From positions 54,436,001-54,500,000 of the forward strand of contig NC_043007.1 of the NCBI RefSeq assembly GCF_006345805.1: a stretch of DNA of 64,000 bases, given 5' to 3'. The translations under genes and the position numbers were made by a program. Source of the DNA: Octopus sinensis. Its lineage: Eukaryota. Below, piece after piece: positions 38,518-50,516 of the stretch (positions are counted from its first letter, which is position 1; the number at the start of each line of letters is the position of its first letter). The notes beneath the pieces were generated by a model. It did no database searches. It saw nothing but the letters and a program-made list of their open reading frames with translations, and had not been told where the DNA came from.

Positions 38518-38518
<1 letters not shown>
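36475..38518 (+). mobile_element. 5'-truncated Dong/R4-like LINE inserted in (TAA)n
   Basis: (TAA)n on both sides; colinear with 25.17-27.2 kb. Confidence 0.95.
36482..38338 (+). CDS. Open 618-aa RT (partial) + CCHC + RLE frame of the truncated Dong/R4 copy; no native start
   Basis: KKAFDS, GIFQGDS, YMDD, CRFC..DHLISGC, PDIIIK..LIDMSIP; start codon is a TTG lying in the junction. Confidence 0.7.
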   Translation: MIKKAFDSIPHLWILKSQDIFKISPVISDFLKYNMSLWNTKLQLYHSNGVLHSNNISINCGIFQGDSLLPLIFYIALIPLSSELNRTGYGYKIDNRKISHLFYMDDLKLYGKNDEELEGLLHTVKGFSDDIGMEFGFEKCTKATFKKGKLVKSSSLELDVETVIKELEQEQTYKYLGINKGSGIQHANMKEKVRKECYRRVRAVLKSELNAYKVLAINSLAVPVVLYSFNVLNWNTSEIMKIDRKIRKLLTCNKMHHPKEDVDRLYLPRAQGGRGLIQLELTYKTTTIGLAKYLEATNDWMLKLVEKHERLKRLHSILKESKKFAADLLDTHQIDQAEGNAPTAAIKKRKLIAKTKAHENLASRWEQKPLHGKYVARSKQADVDQKHMHQWLRSSGLKAESEGFILAAQDQSLLTWNYQANVIKSGADPKCRFCNDEIETIDHLISGCRVLTPAEYKARHDRVGQYLHWTICRYYKIKTTDKWYKYHPEAVTEGENVSILWDLPIQTDKTIKANKPDIIIKYQTKKMCLLIDMSIPCDHNIAAKEFDKISKYKDLLIEIEKMWHLKETTVPVIVGSLGMIKKGTDTYLKMIPGLPSLQEVQKIVLTGTAHVLRRALSL

Positions 38519-38566
<48 letters not shown>

Positions 38567-38631
38567 GGATTATCATAAAGTAGCAATAGTATTAACATTA
38601 ATTCCTTTTTATATATATACAGCTTCAAATA

Positions 38632-38715
38632 GATCTACACATGTTTCAACTGCATTGGTTAGTAACTGTTGCAATTACAACTTTACTATAATACCAATGC
38701 AGTTTCTTTAGGGTC
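38632..38715 (-). ncRNA. Hammerhead ribozyme motif, core mutated (CUAAAGA)
   Basis: GACC CTAAAGA AACTGCATTGG...CCAATGCAGTT GAA ACATGTGT A GATC. Confidence 0.6.
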
Positions 38716-39357
38716 TTCACTTTAATATCCTTTGATTTAACTATTTCACATTTTTTGTTGATTTTCTTTGTGTTCTATGTTCTTGTGAATTTTAAATGTA
38801 AAACTAAAAATGATATATATAGATATAAAGTTACATTTGAGGAAAATGAATACTTGTAGATCTCTGCAACTGCACTAATTTTCAAAAAGAGACTGGATAA
38901 CCACTTAAATTCATTTAGAGATAAAAATAAAAGATTTCAAACAAGTCTAAATTAATGTAGTTTATCAAAGACAGAAACAAAGACTATACTATCAATTGGG
39001 ATTTAATTGGTACTGCAAAGCCATGAAGACCAGGAACTTGAAATGTGACCTATGTATAGAAGGATTTTACTGAATTTTTACATCTAAGGGTAATATAATA
39101 AATTCTAGGCAGGAACAAGCTTTAAAATGCTTGCATATGAGAAAATTTACCTTAGCTCAAAATAAATGAGTTAAAAATATTTAATCAATGAAATGTTTTG
39201 AAATAACTAGCTAAAAAGAATTTGAAAAGTGCTAATCTAATCAAAACTTGAATTAAAGATACTTCATGTTTAAATTATTGTACAATTCTGCATCATAGAA
39301 TGCAAAGAAAATCGATGAAAATCTTTAAACAGTTAAATTAAAGGATATTAAAATGAA

Positions 39358-39441
39358 GATCCTGAAGAAACAGCATTGGTATTATAGTAAAGTTGTAATT
39401 GCAACGATTACTAATCAATGCAGTTGAAACATATGTAGGTC
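39358..39441 (+). ncRNA. Minimal type-I hammerhead ribozyme
   Basis: GATC CTGAAGA AACAGCATTG...CAATGCAGTT GAA ACATATGT A GGTC; palindromic stem III, GUA cleavage triplet. Confidence 0.75.
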
Positions 39442-39533
39442 TATTTGAAGCTGTCTATATATAAAAAGGAATTAAAGGCAATGTCAATGCTACTTCATAA
39501 TAATTATTGTTATCCTCAATCCCTGGATCTTAC

Positions 39534-39572
<39 letters not shown>

Positions 39573-39575
<3 letters not shown>

Positions 39576-40299
39576 ATGTAGTGAGAATGGATGAGGATAG
39601 CTGTGTGAAAAAGTGCCACACCCTAGCAGTTGAGGGAACCTGTGGAAGAGGTAGACCCAGGAAGACCTGGGATGAAGTGGTGAAGCATGACCTTTGAACT
39701 TTAGGCCTCACCAAGGAAATGACTAGTGACCGACACCTTTGGAAATATGCTGTGCCTGAGAAGACCCGGCAAGCCAAGTGAGACCATAACCTCATGGCCT
39801 GTACCAGGGGCGTAACCATCCCACTTGTGCATACCATATGAGCGTGATTGTTGACAGAGGAGCTAACTGGCTTCCATGCCAGTGGCACATAGAAGGCACC
39901 ATTCGAGTGTGATCGTTTCCAGCTTCACCTTACTGGCACTTGTGCCCCGTGCTAGTAGGGTGCTAAGAGCACCATCAGAGCATGATCATTGCCAGAGCGG
40001 CTAACTGGCTTCCGTGCCGGTGGCATGTAGGAGGCACCATTCGAGCAGCATCGTCGCCAGCATCACCTTACTGGCACCTGTGCCGTTGGCACGTGTAAAA
40101 AAAGTTTGAGCGAGGTCGTTGCCAGTACCGCATGACTGGCCCCCATGCTGGTGGCATGTAAAAGCACCCACTACAGTCTCAGAGTCGTTGGCGTTAGGAA
40201 GGGCATACACCTGTAGAAACTCTGCCAGATCAAGACTGGAGCCTGATGCAGCCATCTGGTTTGCCAGCCCACAGTCAAACCGTCCAACCCATGCTAGCA
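39573..40299 (+). mobile_element. RTE LINE 3' fragment
   Basis: GHVVRMDED...GRGRPRKTW region plus 3' UTR to CCAACCCATGCTAGCA. Confidence 0.85.
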
Positions 40300-40304
40300 A
40301 TGAT

Positions 40305-41814
40305 CTGGCAATGATCATGCTCGGATGGTGCTCTTAACACCCTACTAGCACGGGGCACAAGTGCCAGTAAGGCGAAGCTGGAAATAATCACACTCATATG
40401 GTGCTTGTGCCTGTCATCGAATTTCACTTTGATTTTGATTTTGATTTCGATTTCAGTTGCCTCAACAGATCTTCGCAAGCAGAGTTTTGTGATCAAAGAA
40501 GGAAAAGGTACGCACAAGTGGGATGGTTACGCCCCTGGTACAGGCCATGAGGTTATGGTCTCACTTAGCTTGCCGGGTCTTCTCAGGCACAGCATATTTC
40601 CAAAGGTGTCGGTCACTAGTCATTTCCTTGGTGAGGCCTAAAGTTCAAAGGTCATGCTTCACCACTTCATCCCAGGTCTTCCTGGGTCTACCTCTTCCAC
40701 AGGTTCCCTCAACTGCTAGGGTGTGGCACTTTTTCACACAGCTATCCTCATCCATTCTCGCTACATGACCATACCAGAACAGTCGTCTCTCTTGCACACC
40801 ACATCTGATGCTTCTTAGGTCCAACTTTTCTCTCAAGGTACTTACATTCTCTCAAGTATGCACACTGACATTACACATTCATCAGATCGTACTTGCTTCG
40901 TTCCTTGCAAGCTTACACATGTCCTCAGCAGTCACAGCCCATGTTTCACTGCCATGTAGCATGGCTGTTCGTACACATGCATCATACAGTCTACCTTTTA
41001 CTCAGAGCGAGAGGCCCTTTGTCACCAGCAGAGGTAAGAGCTCCCTGAATTTTGCCCAAGCTATTCTTATTCTAGCAGCTACACTTTCAAAGCACCCTTC
41101 CCTGCTACTGACTTCGTCACCTAGGTAACAGAAGCTATGAACTACTTCTAGTTTTTCTCCCTGGAATGTGTCAGAAGTTGTTCTCTGCACATTGTCAGTG
41201 TTTATTGCACCCGAGCATCTGCCACACACAAAAGCTATCTTCTCAGTTAGCCTTCCTTTGATATTGCTACACCTCTTATGTGTCCATAGCTTACACAGGG
41301 TACATCTTATAGAGTTTCTACCTACACCTCTACTACAGATCGAGCAGGGATTTGTGGTTTGCCTGCCTTACTACTTATTAGGACTTTGGTTTTAGCTACG
41401 TTGACTCTAAGGCCCTTTGATTCTAATCCTTGTTTCCACACTTGAAACTTCTCCTCAAAGTTCTGATAGTGACTCAGCAATTAGAGCAAGGTCATCAGCA
41501 TAGAGGAGCTCCCAAGGGCATCCTGTCTTGAATTCCTCCATTATAGCCTGGAGGACTATGATAAATAGGAGGGGGCTGATTCTTCACTGTACTCATTGCC
41601 AACCATCACCTTACTGGAAGCATCCCTGTACATGGCTTGCACGGCTCTCACTAACCATTCATCTATCCCTAGTTTCCTCATTGAGCACCAGATAAGGGAT
41701 CGGGGGACCCTGTCAAAGTCTTTCTCCATGTCAATGAAAGCGAAGTACAGAAGCTTATCTTTGGCTAGGTATTTCTCCTGCAGCTGTCTTACCAGAAATA
41801 TAGCATCAGTGGTG

Positions 41815-41816
<2 letters not shown>
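40305..41816 (-). mobile_element. RTE LINE fragment (RT from STTDAIF to 3' UTR), internal deletion
   Basis: STTDAIFLVRQLQEKY...FIDMEKDFDRVPR; PHD-like finger; FCYLG; 5' end abuts (TA)n. Confidence 0.9.
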
Positions 41817-41885
<69 letters not shown>

Positions 41886-41953
41886 TAATATATATATATA
41901 TAATATATACATATACACATATTATCTACATATATATACATGTATTATATATA

Positions 41954-41997
<44 letters not shown>

Positions 41998-42339
41998 ATT
42001 TATATATATTCAAGGCTGGCCCTTGTGAATTACAAGTACAAGTCACTTTTGCCAACCGAGTGGATTAGAGGTGTACCATGTAACAACACACCACTGGTTT
42101 CCGAACTCACTATCATGAGCTGAATATCCTAACCTCTAAGCCACATGCCAGCTCACAATTGCATAATTTCCTATTCTTACACAAACATACACAGATAACA
42201 ATGTGCACATACACACTCAAACACCTCACATATTGTTATTTACACATACACACAGTCAATTTGTTTTATACATACACACATGCATACATATATAAACACA
42301 CGCATATGCACAGATATCTGCAAACAGTTATAGTCTTAT

Positions 42340-42880
42340 ATTGTTACACAAACATACACAGATAACAACTCATACACACACACAGATATCAGCAGACATT
42401 CACACACAGTCTGTATGTTAAACATACAGATACCAACATATACATTCAGTTATTGTTTCACACATGCACACACACACACAAACACACACAGTCTCATACA
42501 GTTGGGTGCACACACACAAACACACAGTCTCATGCAGTTATACACGCACACACAACCACACACAATCTCATACAGCTACGTGCACACACACACAGTCTCA
42601 TACAATTGTGAGCACATACACAAACACACAGTCTCATACAGGTATGTGTGCGTACACACATGCATACACACACACACATACACACACCGTCTCATACAGT
42701 TATGCACGCACACACACACACACACACACACAACCATACACAATCTCATACAGTTATGTGCACATAACTACAACTGTACAGTCCCATACAGTTACGCACA
42801 TGCATACGCGTGCATACACACACAAACACAGTCTCATACAGGTATGCACATGTGCACACACACACACACACACAGATACC
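42340..42880. repeat. Minisatellite: CAGTCTCATACAG motif repeated within (CA)n
   Basis: About ten copies of ACAGTCTCATACAG(T/G) spaced by variable CA runs. Confidence 0.85.
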
Positions 42881-43968
42881 AGCAGATAATCAGCATCATA
42901 TTTTTCAATAGTTAGCATAATGCACTCATTGTACACCACTTTGAGTTAAATAATTTCATATTTCAATTGCCACAGCCAGAAAATATCCATCAGGCATAAA
43001 ATTCAAGAATTACTTTGAAGAACTGTATCTTCAATTCCTTCGATAATTGTGTGTGTGTGTGTGTGTTTGTGTGCGTGTGTCTATGTGTGTGCACACATGT
43101 GTGTGTATGTATGCAGACATACATACATACAGTGAGATAATTTAAAAGATTTACTACAAAAGAAGTGATTATTTTATTATTTTCTTAAGTTTTAAAGAGG
43201 TTGTTTTGTTTCACACCCTAGACTTTTATAAGAAACTGACTTATAAGTACCTGTGAGTACATATGAGTATATATAAATACACTGATGCGATATTTCTAGA
43301 GCCAAATTCATTTCTAATTGCCAACTGGTCTATCTACTTAATTAATTGACGGACTGCATTAACTGATCCCCTAAGGCAATCTAGAATACTCATTTTCTTA
43401 ATTAATTGTTCTCTAAGATTACTTAGAAATAGAAAATGTATTTGAGCTATGTAGCAATATCTAGCTGGGTTGTAAGTTATAACATACAAGACCTGTGATG
43501 TGTTTATTTCTGTATCAAACCTGTGAATTATGTGTAATCTGATTGTGCCAACACTGTAAACAGGGAATCTCTTTATTGTAAGGACTCTATATTGCAATTA
43601 CTTATCATGTCAACTCAGATTAACTTTTATTAGAATTATTGATAATTTCTAAAGTGAAATAATACACTAAACCTATTATAATCTAAAAGTGGATTTATTA
43701 AATTTCTTACATGACTTAATATAAGTAATGTGATTAAGACCATCTGATTTAATTCACTATGGAAGGTACTGTTGACTTGCCTTTCTGTGGTAGGACTAAG
43801 TAATATATTAAATAGAATTGAATCCCAGAACCCACTTACTCCAATCAATATTCATACTCAGTAATGTAGCTTTATTGCTGAATCTTATTGTATCTATTGA
43901 TACTACATCTCAATAAATCATAATTAACTACACTCATACGTTTGCATGCGTGCATGCACGTGTGTGTG

Positions 43969-46320
43969 CATCATCATCATTATCATCATTATTTAGCATC
44001 CACTTTCTATGCTGGCATAGGTTAGATGGTGTGGCTGGAACTGGTAAGTCAGAGAGCTGTACCAGGCTCCAGTCTGATTCAGCTTGGTTTCTATGATTGG
44101 ATGCTTTTCCTGACACTAACCACTCCAAGAGTGTAGCAGATGCCTTTAACATGACACCAGCACAGGTGCCTTTTATGTGTCACTGGTGCAGGTGCACTTT
44201 TTATGTCACTGGCACAGATGCCTTTTGCATGTCACTGGCACAGGTGCCTTTTATGTGCCACCAGCACTAGCCTTGACTGCAATTTTACTTGGCTTGACAA
44301 GTCTTCTCAAGTATTGCAAACTAACAAAAGTCTTTATCACTTGTCATCGTCTCTGTGAGACCCAATGTTCAAAGATCATGCTTCATCACCTTGTCCCAAG
44401 TCTTCCTGAGTCTACCTCTTCCACAGGTTCCCTCCACAGTTAGAGATCAGCACTTCTTTACACAGTTGTCCTTGTCCATATGCATCATATGACCATACCA
44501 GCAGTCTTCTCTCTTACACGTTAAATCTGATGCTTCTTATGCCCAACTTTTCTCTCAAGACACACTCTGTTATATGAGCACACTGATATTGCACATCCAG
44601 CAAAGCATACTAGCTTCATTTCTTTCTAGCCTTTGCATGTCCTCTGCGGTCACAGCCCATGTATTACTGCCATGTAGCATGGTTGTTTGCACACAGGCAT
44701 CATACAATCTGCCTTTCACTCTTTATTACCAACAGAGGTAGAAAGCTCTCTGAACTTTGCCCAGTGTTTCTAGTGTTTATTGTACCTGTACATCTACCAC
44801 ACACAAAGACTATTTTCCCTGTTTACCTTCCTCTGATATTACTGCATCTCTTATGTGTCCACAGCTTGCACTGGGTACACCTTATGGAGTCTCTACCTAT
44901 GTCTTTCCTTTATATAGAGCAGGGATTTGTGATTTGTCTGCTTTACTACTTACCAAGAGTTTGGTTTTTGTAAAATTAATTCTAAGGTCTTTTGATTCCA
45001 GGACTTGCTTCCACACCTGAAATTTTTTCTATAGTTTTGGCAGTGATTCAGCTATAAGAACAAGGTCATCAGCATGCAGAATCTCCCAGGAGCAGACCAA
45101 CGTAAATTCTTCTGTTATTGCCTAGAGAACTATGATGAACAAGAGGGGACCAATCCTTGATGAACTCCTATTTGTACACTGAATTCATTGCTATACTTGT
45201 TCCCTCACCTTACTGACAGCATCCTTGTACATGGCTTGTACAGCTCTCACCAACCTCTCATCTATCCCTGCTTTCCACATTGACCACCAGATAAGGGAGT
45301 GGGAGACTCTATCAAAGGTTTTCTCTGTTTCAACAGAAGCCAAGTACAAAAGTTTCTTTTTGGTTAAGTACTTCCCCTGCAGCTGCCTTATCTGCAATAT
45401 AGCATCAGTGATGCTTCTCACTGACACAAAACCAAACTGCGTCTCATTCTAGACTAACTTTCTTCCTAATTAGTTGGGCTATGGCCTGCTCCATGACTTT
45501 CATCACCTGATCCAACAGTTCGATGCCTCAATAATTATTTGTCTAAGGCATCACCTTTACCTTTGTAATAGTTGACTATGGTGCTGCTACACCAGTCATT
45601 GGGTATGACACTCTTGTGTACAGCCTGATAAACTATACAAATGACTAGACCATAACTCACATCACCAGATTTAGGAATCACTGCAGTGATTCCTGATGAG
45701 CCAAGGACTTTCCCTATTTTCATATCCTTCATGACTTTATCTACCATACTACTGTCTATTAGGATTGCTGGTCCCTCTTTTGGATCCACATTAGGCAGAC
45801 TCTCCTCCCATGTGTTGTCTACATTTAGCAACCTTTTGTAGTGGCACTTCCAAACCTATTTCTTCACAGTCACTAACTGGAAGTGAACTAACATCCATGT
45901 GAATGCACTTCTCTCCAACAACACCACAATTTTCCCTGACACACTGTCTTGCAAACTGAAACACTTCAAACTGCTGGTTCTCAAACCACAGAACACTGGC
46001 AAACTTCTTCCATTCTGTTTCACCCCTGACCAAGTATACTTTCCTCCTAGCTTCCTTTCTAGCTACCTGATATAGTTCCTTGCTACTACAAGGCCCATTT
46101 CTTTGTTCAAACGGCCCTGTCAACTCCACTGTTCTACCACCATGTCACATTTGGTCTAGATGGGACTTTGCACCAGCCACAAATTTGGTCTGTGGATCTC
46201 AGTAAGTTATCTTGTAGGAAATTCCAGTTATCCTCTATGTTACATATCTGTAACTCTCCATTAAATGCTTCAGTTAGAACATCTCTAAATCTCCTTATTT
46301 GTGGGTCATTTAGGTCTGTA
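43969..46320 (-). mobile_element. Old degenerate RTE LINE (linker, RT and 3' UTR)
   Basis: NWNFLQDNLLRSTDQICG...TWW; ITDAILQIRQLQGKYL...TFDRV; (ATC)n tail at 43.97 kb. Confidence 0.85.
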
Positions 46321-46331
46321 TGTATGCATAC

Positions 46332-46364
<33 letters not shown>

Positions 46365-46398
46365 TGTATGTATGTATGTATGTATGTATGTATGTATA

Positions 46399-47201
46399 TC
46401 TCTAAAGGTCTCGATCACTAGTCATTGCCTCTGTAAGGCCCAATGTTCAAAGGTCATACTTCACCACCTCATCCCAGGTCTTCCTGAATCTACCTCTTCC
46501 ACAGGTTCCCTCCACTGTTAGGGTGAGACACTTCTTCATACAGCTGTCCTCATATATACACAACATTTCCTCATACCAGCGCAGTCATCTCTCTTGTAAA
46601 CCACATATGATGTTTCTTATGTCCAACTTTTCTCTCAGGGCACATACATTCTGTCATGCACGCACACTGACATTACATATCCAGCGGAGCATACTAGCTT
46701 CATTTCTTTCAAGCCTACGCAAGTCCTCAGCAGTCACAGCACATGTTTCACTGCCGTGTAGCATGGCTGTTCACACACATGCACAGTCTACCTTTCACTC
46801 TCAGCGAGAAGTCCTTTGTTACCAGCAGAGATAGGAGCTCCCTGACCTTTGCTCAGGCTATTCTTGTTTTAACATCTACACTCTGAAAGCATCCACTCCC
46901 TCTTGGTCACCTTGCTAACAGAAGCTATCAACTACTTCTAGTTTTTTCCCCTAGCATATGATGGAAGCTGTTTTCTGTACATCTTCAGTGTTTATTTCCC
47001 CTGTGCATCTGCCACACAGAAAAACTATCTTCCCAATTAACCTTCCTTTGATATTGCTGCACCTCTTATGTGTCCATAGCTTACAACAGATACATCTTAT
47101 GGAGCTTCTACCTACACCTTTTCTACAGATCAAGCAGGGCGATCTACTTGAAGGGATTTGTGATTTGTCTGCCTTCCTACTTACTAAGATTTTGGTTTTT
47201 G
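46399..47201 (-). mobile_element. RTE LINE fragment
   Basis: CRKGVGRSSIRCICCKLWTHKRC..., plus downstream RT/thumb sequence. Confidence 0.85.
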
Positions 47202-47208
47202 CTTTGAT

Positions 47209-48539
47209 TCCAGGTAGAGGTAGGGTTCCACCAAGGTTCAGTCCTCAGCCCCCTCCTATTTATCATAGTCCTCAAAGCAATAATGGAGGAATTCAAGACA
47301 GAATGCCCCTAGGAGCTCCTCTATGCTGATGACCTTGCTCTAATTGCTGAGTCACTATCAGAACTAGAGGAGAAGTTTCAGGTGTGGAACCAAGGATTAG
47401 AATTGAAGGGCCTTAGAGTCAGCGTAGCTAAAACCAAAGTCCTAATAAGTAGGAAGGCAGACAAATCACAAATCCCTAAATGTAGATGGCCCTGCTTAAT
47501 CTGTAGAAAAGGCATAGGTAGAAACTCTATAAGATGTACCCAGTGTAAGCTATGGACACATAAGAGGTGCAGCAATATCAAAGGAAGGCTAACTGGGAAG
47601 ATAGTGTTTGTATGTGGAAGATGCTCAGGAGCAATAAACACTTTTAAAATGTGCAGAGAACAACGTCTGCCACATTCCAGGGAGAAAAACTAGAAGTAGT
47701 TGATAGCTAGGTGACCATGTCAGTAGCAGGTATGGGTGCTCTGAAAGTGTAGCTGCTAGAATAAGAATAGCCTGGGCAAAGTTCAGAGAGCTCTTCCTTC
47801 TGCTGGTGACTAAGGGCCTCTCACTTAGAGTAAAAGGTAGACTGTATGATGCATGTTATGAGGTGGTGAAGCATGGCCTTCAAACATTAGCCCTCACCGA
47901 GGCAATGACTAGTGACCAAGACCTTTGGAAATATGCTGTGCTTGAGAAGACCTGGCAAGCCAAGTGAGACCATAACCCGTAACCTATGCCAGTGGTGTAA
48001 CCAGCCCACTTATGCATACCATTCCTTCATTGGACACTAAATTCTGCTTGCGAAGACCTGTTGAGGCAAGTGAAATTGAAATCAAATTCAGTGACAGCAC
48101 CGCATGATTGGCATCCATGCTAGTGTAGCACTAAGAGCACAATCCGAGCATGCCAGGGACGCTGACTGGCTCCCATGCCAGTGGCATGTAAAAAGCTCCA
48201 TTCATGCGTGATCGTTACCATCACCTTACTGGCAAATGAAAAACAACATTCGAGCAAAGTCGTTGCCAGTGCCGCTGGACAGGCTCCTGTGCAGGTGGCA
48301 CGTACAAAACAGCATTTGAGCATGGCCATTGCCAGTACTGCCTGACTGGCCCTCGTGCCGGTGAAACATGAAAACACCCACTACACTATTGGAGTGGTTG
48401 GTGTTAGGAAGGGCATCCAGCTGTAGAAACTCTGCCAGATCAGATTGGAGTCTGGTACAGCCATATGGCTCGCCAGTCCTCAGTCAAACCATCCTACCCA
48501 TGCAAGCATGGAAAGTGGACGTTAAACGATGATGATGAT
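47209..48539 (+). mobile_element. RTE LINE 3' part with (GAT)n tail
   Basis: HQGSVLSPLLFII, ELLYADD, GLRVSVAKTKVL, PHD-like finger; ends GTGGACGTTAAACGATGATGATG. Confidence 0.9.
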
Positions 48540-49174
48540 AGTGATGATATATATAATGGAGAAATTATACAAAATGTATAAATAAATGATGAGTAAAGCA
48601 CTGGCACAGTTTCGATTACCTATTGTTATCCATAGATTTATTGCAGGAACTTCGTAATGGTGGTTGGGGTAACGGTATTAATAAAATAGATGGAATGAAT
48701 AAAAGATTTTATTGAGTATGACACATGTTTCGACCCATTCAGGTTCTCTTTGGGTACATTAATAAAAAGTCTCACTAGAGATTTTCTGAGTCGGCTTACA
48801 TACCACTATATGTACATCAAATTCAAGAATGAGTAAAAGACAGAGAAAAATTATTGAAACGCAAAAAATTCAAATATGAACTTGAAAATTATAAATTTGC
48901 AGTTGTAACTGTTAAGAGAAAGAAAAAGATGTAGAAGTTGAAAGGGAGATAATACTTATTTTTTGTGGTTGTGCTTAGACACACATATACATATACAGAT
49001 ACATATATATATATATATATATATACAATAAAAGCAATTAAGATTCAAGTCAATTCTAATGAATTTACTTGAATGCGGTACTTAACTTAGATGCACCAGA
49101 AAACTATATGGTGTTAACCATACAGTAATGTGGGGTGATTATAAACGAGAAAGAAGCAACAAGAATGGATTAGT

Positions 49175-49265
49175 TTTTAGTACAATTGTTTCATACAAAG
49201 ACAGGCTTTATTAAAAGTTGCAAAAATTGCAGCAGATAAAAGTGTCCCGTACTCATCAGCTAAAA
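49175..49265 (-). ncRNA. Minimal type-I hammerhead ribozyme (intact)
   Basis: TTTTAG CTGATGA GTAC...GTAT GAA ACAATTGT A CTAAAA; 6-bp stem I, palindromic stem III. Confidence 0.75.
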
Positions 49266-49312
49266 TACGAGTATAGCCTCACCCACTAAGATGTTTGGAG
49301 AACTCATATGTA

Positions 49313-49403
49313 TTTTAACTGATGAGTACGGGACACTTTTATCTGCTGCAATTTTTGCAACTTTTAATAAAGCCTGTCTTTGTATGAAACAATTGTACTA
49401 AAA
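49313..49403 (+). ncRNA. Hammerhead ribozyme copy with stem I closing-pair mismatch
   Basis: TTTTAA CTGATGA...GAA ACAATTGT A CTAAAA. Confidence 0.65.
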
Positions 49404-49431
49404 ACTAATCCATTCTTGTTGCTTCTTTCTC

Positions 49432-49476
<45 letters not shown>

Positions 49477-49934
49477 TATACATACACACTCACACACGCA
49501 CATCCAAGTATATGGGTATATACATACAACTAGATACATGCGCATACGTACATGTATGGACGAATACATACATATATATATGTATAGAACTCATATATGC
49601 AGGTACACACGTGTATATATACATAAATATATACATAAATATGTGCACATCTTCGTACATAAAGCAAGATACAGATGTCTGTGCAAAGTTTGACACACAC
49701 GCGTATTAATACACTTGTGTATACACATAAATATATACATACATATATACATACACATACACACACATATATGTATGCATATACACACATAAACACACAC
49801 CCGCATACACATATACACAAATTCACACTAATAGATGCATTCACCTACAAAAAGCACAAATGTGCACAGATGAATATGTAGACATATATATATCTATATA
49901 TAGGTACATATACACACATGCATACACACACACA

Positions 49935-50014
<80 letters not shown>

Positions 50015-50369
50015 CACACATATACGTACACATATATACATTTACATGATTTTATTCATTAAAACTTCAGAAGCTCTTACAACTACCATTGTCGTAATGC
50101 TTTGCTTTTGTCTGTTTAATAAAATTTCCTCCTCCTAATGATTTTGCTTTCATTTCGTGATGGACAGCTATCATGCAGAAAATCCCAGTTTCAAAATCCT
50201 GTTTTCTGATTAGGTACAGTTGATTAAACTTTAAACATCAGTAACATTTTTCTACAATTTTTCTGGAACAAATAAATAACATAGAAATTATTTAAATATA
50301 CCAAATATGAAAAGTTTTGACATATGGAATAAAGAATACAAAAAACAAAAGGAGTTATGTAATAGTCTT

Positions 50370-50516
50370 ATCTTGACAGCTGTTTCAATCAAACCATGGC
50401 TTATGTTGTATCCACATTCATTATATGATAAAGAACCATAGTATCATAGGTATATGGAACAACACAAGTTCCTATGGATCCCTTATGTAAGGCCAGGTCA
50501 CCTTCATCAGAAGGAT
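50370..50516 (-). ncRNA. Hammerhead motif with long stem II insertion (solo)
   Basis: ATCCTT CTGATGA ...~110 nt... GAA ACAGCTGT C AAGAT; stem I and the base of stem II are imperfect. Confidence 0.5.

Larger units (their letters stand above)
38570..39505. mobile_element. Penelope-like insertion: GIY-YIG remnant flanked by inverted hammerhead-bearing terminal repeats
   Basis: Arms ~38570-38780 and ~39294-39505 are inverted; spacer plus strand reads FKKRLDNHLNSFR...INWDLIGTAKP...KCDLCIE...IINSRQE...KCLHMRKF (PLE endonuclease C-terminus, with stops and frameshift). Confidence 0.8.
49145..49433. repeat. Inverted repeat, 124-bp arms, 41-nt spacer, containing hammerhead motifs
   Basis: 49145-49268 pairs with 49310-49433; one mismatch seen (49260/49318). 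Confidence 0.95.

Noticed and set aside
46399-48539. Twin-primed single RTE insertion
   Set aside because: The two orientations overlap in homologous sequence; twin priming gives non-overlapping halves.
48713-48800. Hammerhead on minus strand (GAC..GTC GAAACATGTGTC)
   Set aside because: Core reads CTAGTGA and stem I does not pair; at best a badly decayed relic.
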